Shown here: in pieces, positions 1-13,620 of the stretch
Layout: the number at the start of each line of letters is the position of its first letter
Position numbering within the stretch: the first letter of the stretch is position 1
From: Somniosus microcephalus
Lineage: Eukaryota
Direction of reading: 5' to 3'
Length of the DNA: 64,000 bases
NCBI GenBank assembly: GCA_052327205.1
Contig: CM126223.1
Coordinates: 37,386,001-37,450,000, forward strand
Translations under genes and position numbers: made by a program
The notes under the pieces: generated by a model
Seen by the model: only the letters and a program-made list of their open reading frames with translations
Database searches by the model: none
Told to the model about the DNA's origin: nothing

Positions 1-1628
1 GGCATCCTAGGCAGCTCTTGGTCATATCTTCGATGTCTCCATCGATACCTGGCCACCATACAAACGCCCTAGCTAGGTTCTTCATTTTCACTCCACCCAG
101 ATGCCCCTCGTGAAGCTCCTTTAGCACTTTATCCTGGAGTTTGGGTGGAATCACCACTCTGGATCCACACATCAAGGTTCCTCGGCACACTGACAGCTGT
201 TCTCTTCTTTGCGAGAATGCTGGCAACAGTGGTTCGCCATGTGCTGGCCATCCCTTCACTGTTAAATCGTAGACCCGTGAGAGAGTAGCGTCATTTCTTG
301 TCTCCCTTTCAATGGCAGAATTTGTGACCGGTAGACATTCCACTATGGTAGAGTGGAATATCTCTACTGGGTCTACTGTAGGTGCCTCTTCTATCGTTGG
401 CAACGGTAGGCGTGATAAACCGTCAGCATTCCCATGCTGTTTTGACCCTTTGTATTCAATGTTGTATTGGTGTGCCCCTAGAAAAAGGGACCACCTCTGT
501 AGTCTTTGTGCCGTCATAATGGGGACACCTTTTTTAGGGTTGAATATGGAGATGAGGGGTTGATGGTCAGTCAGCAAGGTAAATTTTTGTCCGTGTAGGT
601 AATGGTTGAATTTCTTCACTCCCCATACCAGGCTGAGTGCTTCCCTGTCTATCTGGGCATAGTTACGCTCAGCTGAGTTCAATGAGCGTGACGCAAAAGC
701 TATCGGCCGTTCCGAGCCATCAGGGAATCTATGGGACAATACCGCTCCTATGCCATAAGGGGATGCATCGCACGCCAGTCTGATTGGTAGTGATGGGTTG
801 TAATGAGCCAAAATTTTCTCGGATGTGATTAAGTCTTTACATTTATGGAAGGCACGTTTACAGTCTTCGTTCCATTTCCAAATCACTCCTGTCTGTAGAA
901 GATCATTAAGAGGGTGTAGAATAGTTGATAAGTTCGGTAAAAATTTATGATAGTAATTTATTAATCCCAGGAATGACCTTAATTGTGAAACATTTTCAGG
1001 TGCTGGGGCTTTTATAACTGCTTCAATTTTTTCAGGTGACTTATGCAACCCTTCCTTATTAATTATGTGGCCACAATATGATATCTGATTTTGGAAAAAT
1101 TCGCACTTGGGGCGATTTGCTCGTAGGCCCCGTTCTTTCAGCCTAGGTGAGCACCTGCTCCAAATTGGCAAGGTGCTCGTTGTCGTTTTCTCCTGTTATA
1201 AGGATGTCGTCTAGCTAGCATTGAGTCCCCGGAATCCCTTGCAGGACTTGCTCCATAGCTCTTTGCCAGATAGCTGGAGCTGATGCTATTCCAAAAACCA
1301 GTCAATTGTACTGGTACAGGCCTTTGTGTGTGTTTATTGTGAGATACTTTTTAGAGGTCTCCTCAACCTCCATCTGTAGATATGCCTGTGCCAAGTCAAT
1401 TTTTGTGAAATGTTTCCCTCCGGATAGTGAGGCGAAAATATCTTCTATCCTCGGAAGAGGATACTGTACCGTGTGAAGGACCGGGTTTACAGTCACCTTA
1501 AAGTCCCCACAGATGCGAATTTTTTTCTGTTCCTCAGAGTTATTTTTCAATGTTTTTTTCATGACTGGAACGATGGGTGTTGCCCATTCGCTCCAATCTA
1601 TTTTGGATAATACGCCTGCCTTTTCCAA
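1..1628 (-). pseudogene. pol: Gypsy pol (RT-RNase H), disrupted
   Basis: ORF 1302-1628 with RT motifs ends in a premature TGA; further stops and frameshifts downstream; RNase H residues (FLTDHQPL-like) around 312-800. Confidence 0.88.
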
Positions 1629-1633
1629 ATTCT

Positions 1634-3004
1634 TCAGCTCTGCCTCGACTGCCGGACGTATTGCACCGGTCTTGCCTTAAAAATTTTTGGAATTGCTGTA
1701 TCTTCCACTTTTATTGAGGCGGTGATGCCTTTCAAGGTTCCTAGTTTCTCTTGAAACACTTCTTTGGCGTTGGCCAAGATGTCTTTTAATCGTTCAGGTA
1801 TGATGTCATCATTGTTTTTTTCCTTACTGGTCACCGTCAGTGCCTGAATGGAGTGCCAGTCTAAACGTATCTTCCTTATCCATTCACGTCCCAACAACGG
1901 TGGACCACCATCTTGTAGAATGTATAAATACAACTTTTGTATTTCTTTGCCGTTGTATACCACAGGCACCCTTATTTTTCCTTTGGGGTAGACTTTCTGC
2001 CCCGTATATGTTTTTAAGATAATGGATGTGTCTTTTAGAGGTATATGCGAAAATAGCCTCTCGTAATCTCGTCGATTTATTACGGTTAGAGCTGATCCTG
2101 TATCTAGCTCCATTTTAACTGGGGACCCTGCTATTGTGAGGGTAACCCAAATGGTTTGGTAATCCTCTTTGGCAAGTACATTATGTAATTTGAGACAGCT
2201 TAGTCTCTTGTTTCCGGAGTCGCTATCGCTATTCTGGTCTTCGGAGCTGTTGTCCGTCATCATTTGTACCTTCCTGTACTTTTCTTTATTGATTTTTTGT
2301 TTTCTGTCAGTGGATTTATTTTGTCCAGATTGGCATACCCGTGTAATGTGTCCAATCTTACCACATTGCCTGCATGCTTTGCCCTTGAACCAGCAGTCCC
2401 TCTGGTTATGGGTGGATCTGCCGCAGCGATAACATCTTCCGAACTCCTGTGTCATTTTATGGGTGCCGAAGTCCTGTGTCTCTTGTTGTATCTCTGCAGC
2501 TCCTTTTGCTGCTGCTTCGTATGATACAGCCATACTGAAAGCTTTGTCCAATGTTAAATCTTTTTCAGAAAGCAGTCTTTTTTGTGTTCCTTCACTTAAG
2601 AGACCGCAAACAAATTTGTCTCGAAGATAATCCGATAGTCCTGCTCCGAATTGGCAGTACTTTGATAGCTTTCTTAATTCGGTTAGGTAATCAGCGTTAC
2701 TTTCATTCTTGTGTTGATTTCTCTTGAAGAACTTGAATCGTTCCGCTATCAGCAGCGGTGTTGGGTTTAAATGCTCCTGCAGGGTATCAACAATTTCTTT
2801 AAAAGTCTTGTCCTTTGGTTTGGCTGGAGTGATTAAATTTCGTAACAGCCCGTATGTCTTCGCGCCCATTAAGTTCAGAAGTACTGAAGCTTTTTTTTCA
2901 TCTGTTATTCCATTTGCAGTGCAATAAACCTCTACTCTTTCCACGTATGTGGTCCAATCTTCTATTTCGCCATCAAAAGCCTCAATATTACCAGATTTAG
3001 GCAT
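1634..3004 (-). pseudogene. gag: Gypsy gag-protease region
   Basis: ORF 1634-3100, likely ATG at 3004 (MPKSGNIEAFD); CYRCGRSTHNQRDC and CRQCGKIGHITRVC knuckles; MELDTGS protease; frameshift before RT. Confidence 0.9.
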
Positions 3005-3423
3005 TTCAGAAAAGATATGGCGCTTCCCGGGCTTTTTTTTTCTCTCTGTAGCAACGATATGGCGCTTCCCGCGCTTTCCCGCCGCTGCTACCGATAACAA
3101 CGCTGTTTTACTGTGGTTTCCGTTTATTCACTGTTGGAGACTCGTTCCCGACGGAGGTCTAAACGCTGACCTGCTTGCCGCGCCGGCCGTCTCTCGAGTG
3201 CACCCTCCCAGTCCGTTATTGCTTGCCTCCAATTTCGCTGCCTGTCTCAGCTGTAGAGCCCGCCGCTGGAGCTCCAGCCTGACGCCCAGGAAGGATTAGC
3301 GCAGTACCTGTCACCAGCTTGGCCAGCTGGTGAAACCACAGTTTCTCTTACTTCCTTGAGTCTTCTGGACGCTGGAGGAATCGATGTCCTTGAGGTGCTG
3401 CCGAATTGCAGGTAAGTCCGTTT

Positions 3424-3437
3424 CCACTTCGTCGCCA
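3424..3437 (-). promoter_or_regulatory. Primer-binding site, tRNA-Ser(GCU)-type
   Basis: TGGCGACGAAGTGG one base after the LTR end; complementary to the ...UCGUCGCCA 3' end of tRNA-Ser(GCU). Confidence 0.75.
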
Positions 3438-3438
3438 C

Positions 3439-3640
3439 TGTAGTGTCCGTGTGTAGATAAAGACACTGAAGACAGGAGTTGGTTCATAGGTATTTACTAA
3501 GCAAGTCTGCGGGGGGTTTCTAAAGGATATACACAATACACAGGCTTATATAGCCCAAGTGGCAATTACCGGCATTACGCACACCTGGGGCTCTTAAAGG
3601 CACATACACCATAATTGCTCTTAAAGGCACATACACCACA
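3439..3640 (-). repeat. 5' LTR of Gypsy-1 (about 202 bp)
   Basis: Minus-strand termini TGTGGTG...CACTACA, directly followed by the PBS; TATATAAG motif; internal 22-bp direct duplication (gctcttaaaggcacatacacca). Partner LTR is not in the window. Confidence 0.8.
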
Positions 3641-4640
3641 ATCAACAACCCTCATCCACAGGCCTACTGTTCACATGCAAAAATTGGTAGGTTATCGAAT
3701 TGTGTCCAATCCCATCCTGTCCTCACCTGATTTCAACAAATATGGGTCACCAGATAGGAATCAGAAGCTTCCAAAAATGGAATTAAAGACAAACTTATCT
3801 GCCAATATTTATTCCACTTATCTTTATTGCTATGCCACAAGTGACCCAAGATAGTGTGAAGGTGACAGGTCGTAGGTGAAAGGTTAGTGAGAAGACTTGA
3901 CTTCCAGCCTGAACTTTGCTCGCAACAAGTGACAGATGCTGTCGTACTGAGACCCCCCTCCCCCCCAGTAAATGAACCAGTCACATTTTACATGATAATA
4001 GAGGACTGTGGGCCATGGCCAGATTAATAGCTCCATACTTCTGGAAGGGTAACCTGCACCCTTCCACTTATAGAAAAAAAAGCAGCAGGCAGGCCAGGAC
4101 CTCTTCTGTATTCCCAGTTGTAAGGTCTAGACAGAAAGTTAATGGGATCAATGGCAATCCAGTAAATGAAAATTGTATTATAAATATGATCTAATTTCCC
4201 TCGAGGTCTCTGTCTAATACTAAAAACAAAATAAAATATCAAGTTTGCTCTGGGGTAAAGCTGTAACTAGCACTAGCATTTAAAAAATGACAGCTTTCTA
4301 TTATGTTGACTTAACTAGATTGTAATTAAGATTTACACTACAAGTGCCGAGTTATCACCATTGGTTTATTCCCAGTCGTTTTTAAAAAAAAATATTAAGC
4401 ATTAATTCTTTGTGGCAGCTTCACCGTTCAGGAAGGAATCATGTCGAATCTCACCCCGGACTAGCCCACTCCTCTGTTGAAACACTTAAGGAAAATTCCA
4501 ACCCGTGAGACTAAATAAGCAACTGTCTTCACCATCTGTAATCACAATATGAATAGGATGCCTACTCCCAACAAAGATTCAAGAAACTTCACCCAATGTT
4601 TCATCTGACACCGCCCCCCACCCCCCCCCCCCCAATAAAG

Positions 4641-5112
4641 GGATGGCAGGAATGACGTATGAGGAGCGATTGGGTCGATTGGGCTTGTACTCGCTAGAGT
4701 TTAGAAGAATGAGAGGTGATCTCATTGAAACTTACAAAATTCTGACAGGACTGGACAGACTAGATGCAGGAAGGATGTTCCCAATGGTCGGGGAGTCCAG
4801 AACCAGGGGACACAGTTTAAAGATAAAGGGTAGGCCATTTAGGGCAGAAATGAGGAGGAATTTCTTCACCCAGAGAGTGGTGAACATGTGGAACTCTCTA
4901 CCACAGAAGGCGGTGGAGGCCAGTTCATTAAATATATTCAAGAAGGAGTTAGATATATTTCTCAAGGCTAAAGGGATCAAGGGGTATGGGGAGAAAGCAG
5001 GGACCGGGTACTGAATTTGGATGATCAGCCATGATCGCATTGAATGGCGGAGCAGGCTCGAGGGGCCGAATGGCCTACTCCTGCTCCTATCTTCTATGTT
5101 TCTATGTTTCTA
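4641..5112 (+). mobile_element. CR1 (HER1-like) LINE, 5'-truncated 3' end
   Basis: ORF 4643-5014 is the CR1 ORF2 C-terminus (RGDLIETYK, RNFFTQRVV); 3' UTR ends in (TTCTATGT)n. Confidence 0.93.
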
Positions 5113-5252
5113 TAAGTGAGTAATTACCAATGGGCACCAGTCAGTTAAAGCAATGTTGCTGTACAGAATCCAGTTTACTGATTTAGTATCATACTATTAT
5201 TGAATAATGCCAGGTTTCGGACAATATGCTCTATAAACATGATCAACGGCTT

Positions 5253-5957
5253 AGGGGTGTGGTTTGGAGCACTAACTACCTTGTGAATCAAACCAATAGG
5301 CCTCGATTCTCCTCCAGGGCGGGTTCACTGCTGGAGGGGGGTTGGGGCAAGACTTCCACCCGCTGGCTTGACCCTGCCACGAACACAAACCATTTTCCTG
5401 GGTAGGGGGAAGGTCTTTTGTTTTTGCAGAGTGAGCTCTTGGCTGGAATCCCACCACCAAGAGAAAGCCCATCACTGCCAGGAAGGATGATGCAGGGGGT
5501 GCTGTGGTGGGAAACGCGCTGCAGTACCAGAAGAGGAGGAGCCTGAGCTAAAGGAGGCAGAGGAGCCCTAGAGGTCAAACAGAAACGTGTATTTTAGGCC
5601 TTGGACTGAGCCTTGACCGAAGAAAAAGGTAGTTTTGGAACCTGAGGAGAGTATGAGATGGTCATTACTGGGCCTCATCTCTTCAAAAGTGGCTTCAGCA
5701 GGCCTTCCACTGCTGCCTCAGGATATACCACCACCCATCTCCTGGCGTTCCCTGGGGCCAGTGGCAGAAGACAGAGAAATCAGGTAGGTTTTCGGGCCTT
5801 GCCTCCCCGGCATCTTTTACATAGGGCAGAGTGGTCAAAAGGTGGCCAGCTGCCTTCCCTGCTGGAAAGAAATTCTACAGCGGTGCTGGCAGGAGTGTGA
5901 TGCGGGTTAGGCCTCTCGGCAATTTTTTTTGATTATAGTGGAGAAAATTTCAGCCCG
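5253..5957. mobile_element. Decayed Harbinger-type MITE (putative)
   Basis: GC-richer block ending GAAAATTTTCAGCCC, similar to the AAAATCCAGCCC termini of other MITEs here; left end uncertain. Confidence 0.35.
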
Positions 5958-6337
5958 TGATATTTGTATGTATGTGTCACTCTGGTTTATTTCCCAGAAA
6001 ACCTTCACTTCCTGCTGTATATCCCATATGTAACAATGGAAAACATTATTAACTAGCAATATATTTAACATAATAACAGAGAAGGTTATTCCCCAGACAA
6101 GCCCAGTTCTGTTAAAAGCTGGAGAGTTCCACTGAATTTTGGGGGAATAGGATAAATATCATTATACAATTCTTGGTGTACTTACTACAGAATATAGGTT
6201 CCAGAATCCTGCACTACAATGTTCGCAGTGATTCAACTACTGCTCATTAACATACTTTTTACTACTATGATTGTGATGGCTACCGTTATTGATATGTTGT
6301 GAGTTGTGAATAATACTAATAGTAATTTATTGAGATC

Positions 6338-6440
6338 CCTGCCTGGTTCAACTTGTTCTTGATTCGAGTTCCACTCACTTCTTCCAAATAAAAGGCTTTG
6401 CTATGGGAACCTGAACGGGTCCCAGACATGTCCGCCTTTT
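6338..6440 (+). mobile_element. Short Penelope-like RT fragment
   Basis: Translates to THFFQIKGFAMGT*TGP, matching THFLQIKGVAMGTRMGP in the PLE at 28-29.5 kb. Confidence 0.65.
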
Positions 6441-8167
6441 TGTAAGGTGTACAGAACAACGCGTTTTGTTCCAATTTTGCTCAAGTCCATCTGATCTCTT
6501 CTTCCATTACATTGATGACTCGTGTTGCTGCTGCACTTTTGCAGTTTTTTTCTTTGACTTTGCGATTTATTTTTAAAGTATTATATGAATGAAAACATTC
6601 TGGTAATTGTCAAAGTGAACAGGCGGTGTGCGCCGTCCCATTTTTGCTTATTTCATCTGTTCCTGTTTCAGCTCATGCCAAAATAATCTCTGCTGTGGCA
6701 ATATCCCCAACATGGAATAACCATGGGCCTTCTCATTATCAAAAGATACCCTTTCCATCCACTCCCATTCAGGGCTTAGTTAGAACTGGGCCCATGGCTG
6801 GGCCAAATTCAATCCAACAATGTTCAAATGGAGGAAAATGTGGGTCAGCAGAATTTGCACAGTTTTGGTCTCATACCTTCACAGTTCACATCTCTACACA
6901 CCAGTCCGAGCTTCAGTTTTAATAAAAGTTTGATGTCACAAGGATGTGTGTGAAAGCCACCTGCACTGGTATTCACAGTGCTCGCACTTCCCAAATGCTG
7001 TCAGTCAAAGCAGTGATGTTGTAAACACGAGCAAAAAAATCAGCCTCAGCACAGACTTCTTTGCATGTTGATATTCAGACAGCCACACTTCACTGCTCTG
7101 ATTAACAAAGGACATTCAGACGCTGTGAATACCAGAAAAGGAGTTTCTATAGGTCAGAGACCCTACAACAACAACTTGCATTTATATAATGCCATTAACG
7201 TATTCAAATGTCCCAAGCGGCTTACTTGTAATGGGTACAATTATACAAGCTTAATTGTAACTGGTAAATGAGATTGACACCAGTTCTATAAATGATAAAG
7301 CTTTAAGCTGCATGAAACCACAGGTTATATTCCAACTGTGCCATATTCGTAAAATTTGCCAAACTCTGTTACCTTATGAAGAAATAAAGATTTTGTTTAA
7401 AGCTTTTATTTTTGCACTTCTTGAATTTCTGGGCAAAAACAAACACTCTCCTCTGCAGGAAGTGCTTTGAAGCAATGCACCAGACTGGGGGCAGATGCGA
7501 TAACTGTGATGAACTTGCCTCCTGCAGTACAATAACCTGAAGGTCAGGTCCCGAAGATTTGTGAGTGGGCGCCAACTTAACTTAACTGATCTGTAATCCC
7601 GGACTGCACGCATATAGTAGATATGATGGGGAATTTTCAGTTGTCCCTCCCGCAGGTGGTTGCTGGTCGACAGTCTAGGAATTGTAAACCAAATTCCAGT
7701 GGTGTGGAAAGGACTGTTGAATTCAGCTGCAGCCAAATTCCACACCTGGTCTAATGGCAGAGCATTGCAACCTAAAGGAAAGAAAAACACTCCACCCACG
7801 TATCCACTCCTTGAGTAATTATTTTTAAATTTTTTTTTTACATTTTTAAAAAAAAGGTGCACAACATGATTTATCGGGACTGAAACCCTGAGCTGAAATG
7901 GGTAATTCCGTGATCCCACGCTCTCAGTTGGGAACCACACTCCCGGATCGAAGAACTGTGGCTGCAACATTGTAGAAAACACCCCTTCTTCCCAGGGTTT
8001 CACAGCACAGTTACAACAAAATACTTGCAAGAGCTGTGACCCACCGTATAAAGCCGGTGAGTCACAGAAACATAGGAGCCCTATAGCTTGGCTATATTCC
8101 GTGTTTTGCACAAGCAATATATTGCTAAAGATACATTAGGAGAACAAGGGCTGATGGTAAATTTTGG

Positions 8168-8510
8168 AGTCAGCCTTGGCACACTCTTGCCCCCAAGTCA
8201 GAAGCTCACGGGTTCAAGCCCCACAGAGACATAAGCACATAATCTCGGCTGCCATTTCAGTGCAGTACTGAGGAAGTGCTGCACTACCTTCTTTTAAACC
8301 GAGGCCCTGTCTGTTCTCTCAGGTGGACTGAAAAGCTCCCACGGCACTATTCCAAGACGAGCAGGGGAGTTCTCCCTGGTGTTCTGGCAAACATTTATTC
8401 CTCAACCAACACCTAAAACAGATGCTCTGGTCATTTATTTCATTGCTGTTTGTGGGATCTTGCTGTGTGCAACTTGGCTGCAATGTTTCCGATGTTACTA
8501 CTTATTGGTA
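8168..8510 (+). mobile_element. Deu-domain SINE (SacSINE1-like)
   Basis: tRNA-like head (gggttcaagcccc) plus Deu core caggtggac...cccacggcactatt...gagcaggggagttctcc; similar to copies at 17 kb, 22.2 kb and 30.5 kb. Confidence 0.75.
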
Positions 8511-10067
8511 CTTCTTATAGTAAATGATTCCTGACTGGGCAGGTGGCAACGTTAACATCAACAGGACGGAGAAAGCCATTTTAATTCGGAGGGACTTCAA
8601 TCTTCAGCCCCCAACCCAGCAGAATGGCCAGCATGCTACACTGAATAGTTAGTACCCGATTCTCAAACTACTGTTTTTTGTTGTACTTGGATGCATTCCA
8701 TTTAAAATCCATAGCTCTATAACACTTGCCTTTTCATAAAGCTTGCATTCCTCACCACCTCCTCCTCGCCTCGCACTGCAATTCAAATACTATCAATTAC
8801 GTGAAAGGAACCAATTTCCCAAGTTCTTGCCAAGGTTAAACTCCCTGTGAACCAGAGGAATGCTGCCAGAGGCTGTACACCTTTTTGCACCAGTCCCACG
8901 TGGCCTTGCTCAATTTCTCTAGCAGTAACCACTGCCCTCCCATTACCCTTTGACAGGCAATATATTTTGTTGACATTCCCATAATTAATTTTTTATTGGG
9001 CAAATTCGAGTCCCACCACAGAGACTGGGCGCACATTATATGGAGAATCGTGCAGGCTGGTTCTAATATGGAAATGCAGACAATCTGTCACGCTCACTAC
9101 ATGAAACGCAGATCCCTCCAAGGAGACCTTTTCAGGATTGACGAGGGCTATTCTCACCAATTAACAACCACTTTAGTGCTCATCATCAGTCAAGGTTGTG
9201 AGAATTAAGTTGCTTCTTGTGGCTCAGAAGAACCTTGATTAAACTGCGACAGTTCGGCCTACAAGATCACATGCTTTTGTTTCACGAAATGTAGTCAGAG
9301 GCTATAATGAGTTTCTTTTCCCCTTTACACATTAAGGTGCACGTGAAAGAAGTTAAGTACAAATCCTCAATGTTTATAGGTTAAAATATGAAAAAAAGCT
9401 ATTATACAACTATTTAAGAGCAGTGTAGCTCAAAAGGTGACCTTTTTGCAAATTCTGCAAGAATGTCAAAATGTGAAAAGGCTCTGCCTTCCGAATGTAG
9501 GGGCAAATTACAAAACAGACAATGATTAGTCAGCAGAAGCTGACTAGAATTCCTTTGTAGTGCATTTGCGCCCTCATCACTCCCATTCTGTCAATACTGC
9601 TTTTAATCAGTAGTTCTTTGAATAACCATTCTTTGATGAGATATTTCAGATTTTCCCTAGGCATACTTGAGCTGTTGTTTTAATTCAGATCCTAGGGGCA
9701 TATGTGACCCAGCTCCTGTCATTTACACAACTAAATATGGCTTTCTTATTCTGCCGCCAAACTAATCTTTAAGTCGGCCACAAGGTTGTGAAGGCCTGGC
9801 TTTTGGAAGCCTAAATACCAGGATCTGGCTCACAGACGTGAGTCTTCCAGAATCTGGATTAAAGCAGTACATATATTAGAAAGGCTTCTGAAATCAAACC
9901 AGTTAGAACACAATGGTTTATTCCAGTCATGTACAGACCTAGGTAACACACAGATGAGGGTACAGCCATTAACAAGTGACCAACAGAATGGTCAGATGTC
10001 TTGACAAAGACAACAGGCATGCTCATTAGCAATGACTACAAATGATTTATCTGAAGAACCTTAATGA

Positions 10068-10435
10068 GTGAGCTGGCTCAGTTAGGAAATATGCCGCCTG
10101 GTTGGAACTGAGGAATCAGACCAGAAGGCCTCAGATTTGATCGCCAGCTGGGGCAGAAATTGGGCTGCTATGAACTGTTCTCAGCGCTCTTGGCTGGAGG
10201 AGGAAAGCAGTCATGGTTCCTGCTATTGATTGGCATCTGCTGAAGTGTGTTTGTGGGGACAACTTGGGAGGATAGGATTGGAGTTGACTGTGAAGCTCAC
10301 CACAGTTGAATACCTGAGATGCACTCAGTGTCTAGGCTCACCCAAGAAGAATGGGCACTTGCTCAGGTACTGAAGGGCAACTGGCACCTGTGTAATCATA
10401 CTTTAACATGAGTAGTCAACTTCAGCAGAAGACAG
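10068..10435 (+). mobile_element. tRNA-derived SINE-like element (second family), decayed
   Basis: A-box-like tggctcagttagg; body shares motifs with 55215-55590 (-) and 57095-57450 (+). Confidence 0.5.
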
Positions 10436-10814
10436 GAGAACAAAAGAGAGAATAATGGGAAAATATTGAGTATCTCCATTAATAGAGGAAAGTACAGGAT
10501 GGGAAGAGACTCTGCAGTCCAGTCTCAAAAACTAGAACCTCTTAATAGCCCATTCCATAAAATATCTATCCATATTCTGCCATCATTTTGTCCACACTAT
10601 GGGCAGTCCGTTTTACATGTTCACCACCCTCTGTGCAAAGTAGTTGAAACTAAACTGTTTAGTGACCTCACTAGTAACCCTTTGCCCTGTAGATACAGCT
10701 TCATTCATAACCACCTTGGTTTTGTCTGGTTGAACCAACTTTCAAACCACCTCAGAATCTTGCCTCCTGTTCCTTGTCTCCCTACCTTGTGACAAAATGT
10801 CATTTCTGTGGCAC

Positions 10815-10955
10815 AGTATCAAAAGCCTTGCTGACATCTAACGGCATCAATATCCACAGAATTTCCATTGCCAACAAAATCCAACATTCCTTTGAAGAAC
10901 TCCAGCATATTCATTAGCAAGTCCTCCCGTTCATAAATCTCTGCTGATTTTCACG
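10815..10955 (-). mobile_element. Old CR1 RT fragment
   Basis: Reverse strand resembles the QHGF...CLTNLLEFF...VD...DFSKAFD segment. Confidence 0.5.
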
Positions 10956-11007
10956 TACCATAATTTGTTTCAGTATATCATTATGCCCTCTTTCACAATG
11001 TGTCTGA

Positions 11008-11367
11008 GGTGATATTCTACATTAAACCTTTAGTGTGACATTCTACACTAAAGTTTGGTGTGACATTCTACACTAAACGCTTGGTGTGACATTCTACACT
11101 AAACCTTTGGGGTGATATTCTACACTAAACCTTTGGTGTGACATTCTACACTAAACCATTGTTGTGACATTCTACACTAAACCTTTGGTGTGACATTCTA
11201 CACTAAACCTCTGGTGTGACATTCTACACTAAACCTTTGGTGTGACATTCTACACTAAACCATTGTTGTGACATTCTACACTAAACCTTTGGTGTGACAT
11301 TCTACACTAAACCTCTGGTGAGACATTCTACACTAAACCATTGTTGTGACATTTTACACTAATGTTT
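11008..11367 (+). repeat. 26-bp minisatellite block 1 (about 14 units)
   Basis: Unit AAACCTTTGGTGTGACATTCTACACT; period 26 (AAACC at 11101 and 11127). Confidence 0.97.
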
Positions 11368-12782
11368 ACATAGAAACGTAGAAGATAGGAGCAGGAGTAG
11401 GCCATTCGGCCCCTCGAGCCTGTTCCGCCATTCAATGCGATCATGGCTGATCATCCAAATTCAGTACCCGGTCCCTGCTTTCTCCCCATACCCCTTGATC
11501 CCTTTAGCCTTGAGAAATATATCCAACTCCTTCTTGAATATATTTAATGAATTGGCCTCTACTGCCTTCTATGGCAGAGAATTCCACAGGTTCACCACTC
11601 TCTGGGTGAAGAAATTCCTCCTCATTTCTGTCCTAAATGGCTTACCCCTTATCCTTAGACTGTGACCCCTGGTTCTGGACTCCCCGACCATCGGGAACAT
11701 TCTTCCTGCATCTAGCCTGTCCAGTCCTGTCAGAATTTTATAAGTTTCAATGAGATCCCCTCTTTCTTCTTCTAAACTCCAGCGAGTACAAGCCCAATCG
11801 ACCCAATCTCTCCTCATACGTCATTCCTGCCATCCCAGGTATCAGCCTGGTGAATCTTCGCTGAACTCCTTCCATGGCAAGAACATCCTTCCTCAGATAA
11901 GGCGACCAAAACTGCACACAATACTCAAGATGTGGTCTCACCAAGGCCCTGTACAACTGCAGCAAGACATCCTTGTCCCTGTACTCAAACCCTCTCGCTA
12001 CGAAGGCCAACATACCATTTGCCTTCTTAACCGCCTGCTGCACCTGCATGCTTACCTTCAGCGACTGGTGCACAAGGACACCCAGGTCTCGTTGCACTTC
12101 CCCTTCTCCCAATCTATTGCCATTCAGATAATAATCTGCCTTCCTGTTTTTGCTACCAAAGTGGATAACCTCACATTTATCCACATTATATTGCATCTGC
12201 CATGCTTCTGCTCAATCACCCAACCTGTCCAAATCATCCTGGAGTTTCTCGGCATCCTCCTCACAGCACACACAGCCACCCAGCTTTGTGTCGTCTGCAA
12301 ATTTGGAGATATTACATCTAGTTCCCTTGTCTAGATCATTAATATATATTGTGAATAGCTGGGGTCCAAGGACCGATCCCTGCGGTACCCCACTAGTCAC
12401 TGCCCGCCACTCGGAAAAAGACCCGTTTATTCCAACTCTTTGCTTTCTGTCTGCCAACCAGTTCTCTATCCAAGTCAGTACCTTGCCCCCAATCCCATGT
12501 GCCTTAACTTTACACGCTAATCTCTTATGCGGGACCTTATCGAAAGTCTGCTGAAAGTCCAAATACACCACATCCACTGGTTCTCCTTTATCTATTTTAC
12601 CAGTTACATCCTCAAAAAATTCCAGTAGATTAGTCAAGCACAATTTACCCTTTGTAAATCCATGTTGACTTTGTCCGATCCTTCTTTTATGATGGATGAT
12701 GGACTCTAGCATTTTCCCTACTACCGATGTCAGGTTTACTGGTCTGTAATTCCCCGTTTTCTCTCTAACACCTTTTTTGAAC
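11368..12782 (-). mobile_element. CR1 LINE, 5'-truncated, RT to 3' tail
   Basis: ORFs 12212-12811, 11747-12196 and 11569-11817 carry [10 protein letters not shown] and KFADD motifs; tail abuts array block 1. Confidence 0.95.
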
Positions 12783-13099
12783 ATGATGAGCGCTTTCTCA
12801 AAAAGCACCAAGTAAAGACACCATCGACTAGAGTAAATAATAGAATGTAATCAAGTGCACATGTAATATATTTTTAGCAGAAGGAAAAGAAACCAGCAGT
12901 TCCACAGCTCTGGAGATCTCATTATGCCTGGTATTATACAGTACTGTATACAATGGCAAAGCACGTTATGTCTTAAATGTAGATTCTGCCTTACCTAAAT
13001 GGCAGGCTCCACCAACCCATCCATCTGGACAATTACAGATACCTGGTGCCAAACAGCTTCCACCATTCCGACATCCCTGGGGACAGATTGCTTCCTGAC

Positions 13100-13620
13100 T
13101 TGGTGCGACGTTCTACACTAAGCCTTTGGTGTGACATTCTACACCAAGCCTTTGGTGTGACATTCTACACTACACCTTTGGTGTGACATTCTACACTACA
13201 CCTTTGGTGTGACATTCTCCACTAAACCTTTGGTGTGACATTCTACACCAAACCTTTGTTGTGACATGCTACACTACACCTTTGGTGTGACATTCTCCAC
13301 TAAACCTTTGGTGTGACATTCTACACCAAACCTTTGGTGTGACATTCTCCACTAAACCTTTGGTGTGACATTCTCCACTAAACCTTTGGTGTGACATTCT
13401 CCACTAAACCTTTGGTGTGACATTCTCCACTAAACCTTTGTTGTGACATTCTCCACTAAACCTTTGTTGTGACATTCTCCACTAAACCTTTGTTGTGACA
13501 TTCTCCACTAAACCTCTGATGTGACATTCTACACTACACCTTTGGTGTGTCATTCAACACTAATGTTTGGTGCGACATTCTACACTAATGTTTGGTGCGA
13601 CATTCTACACTAAACCTTTG
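13100..13620 (+). repeat. 26-bp minisatellite block 2 (about 20 units)
   Basis: Same unit and orientation as block 1. Confidence 0.97.

Larger units (their letters stand above)
1..3640 (-). mobile_element. Gypsy/Ty3 LTR retrotransposon (Mag-like), 3' part outside the window
   Basis: 5' LTR 3439-3640, PBS, gag with two CCHC knuckles, protease ELDTGS, RT (RICGDFK, KIDLAQAY), RNase H (ACDAS), running toward the integrase region at the window edge. Confidence 0.95.

Noticed and set aside
7374-8117. 247-aa ORF as a host gene
   Set aside because: No recognisable domain, non-ATG start, runs through low-complexity A/T tracts.
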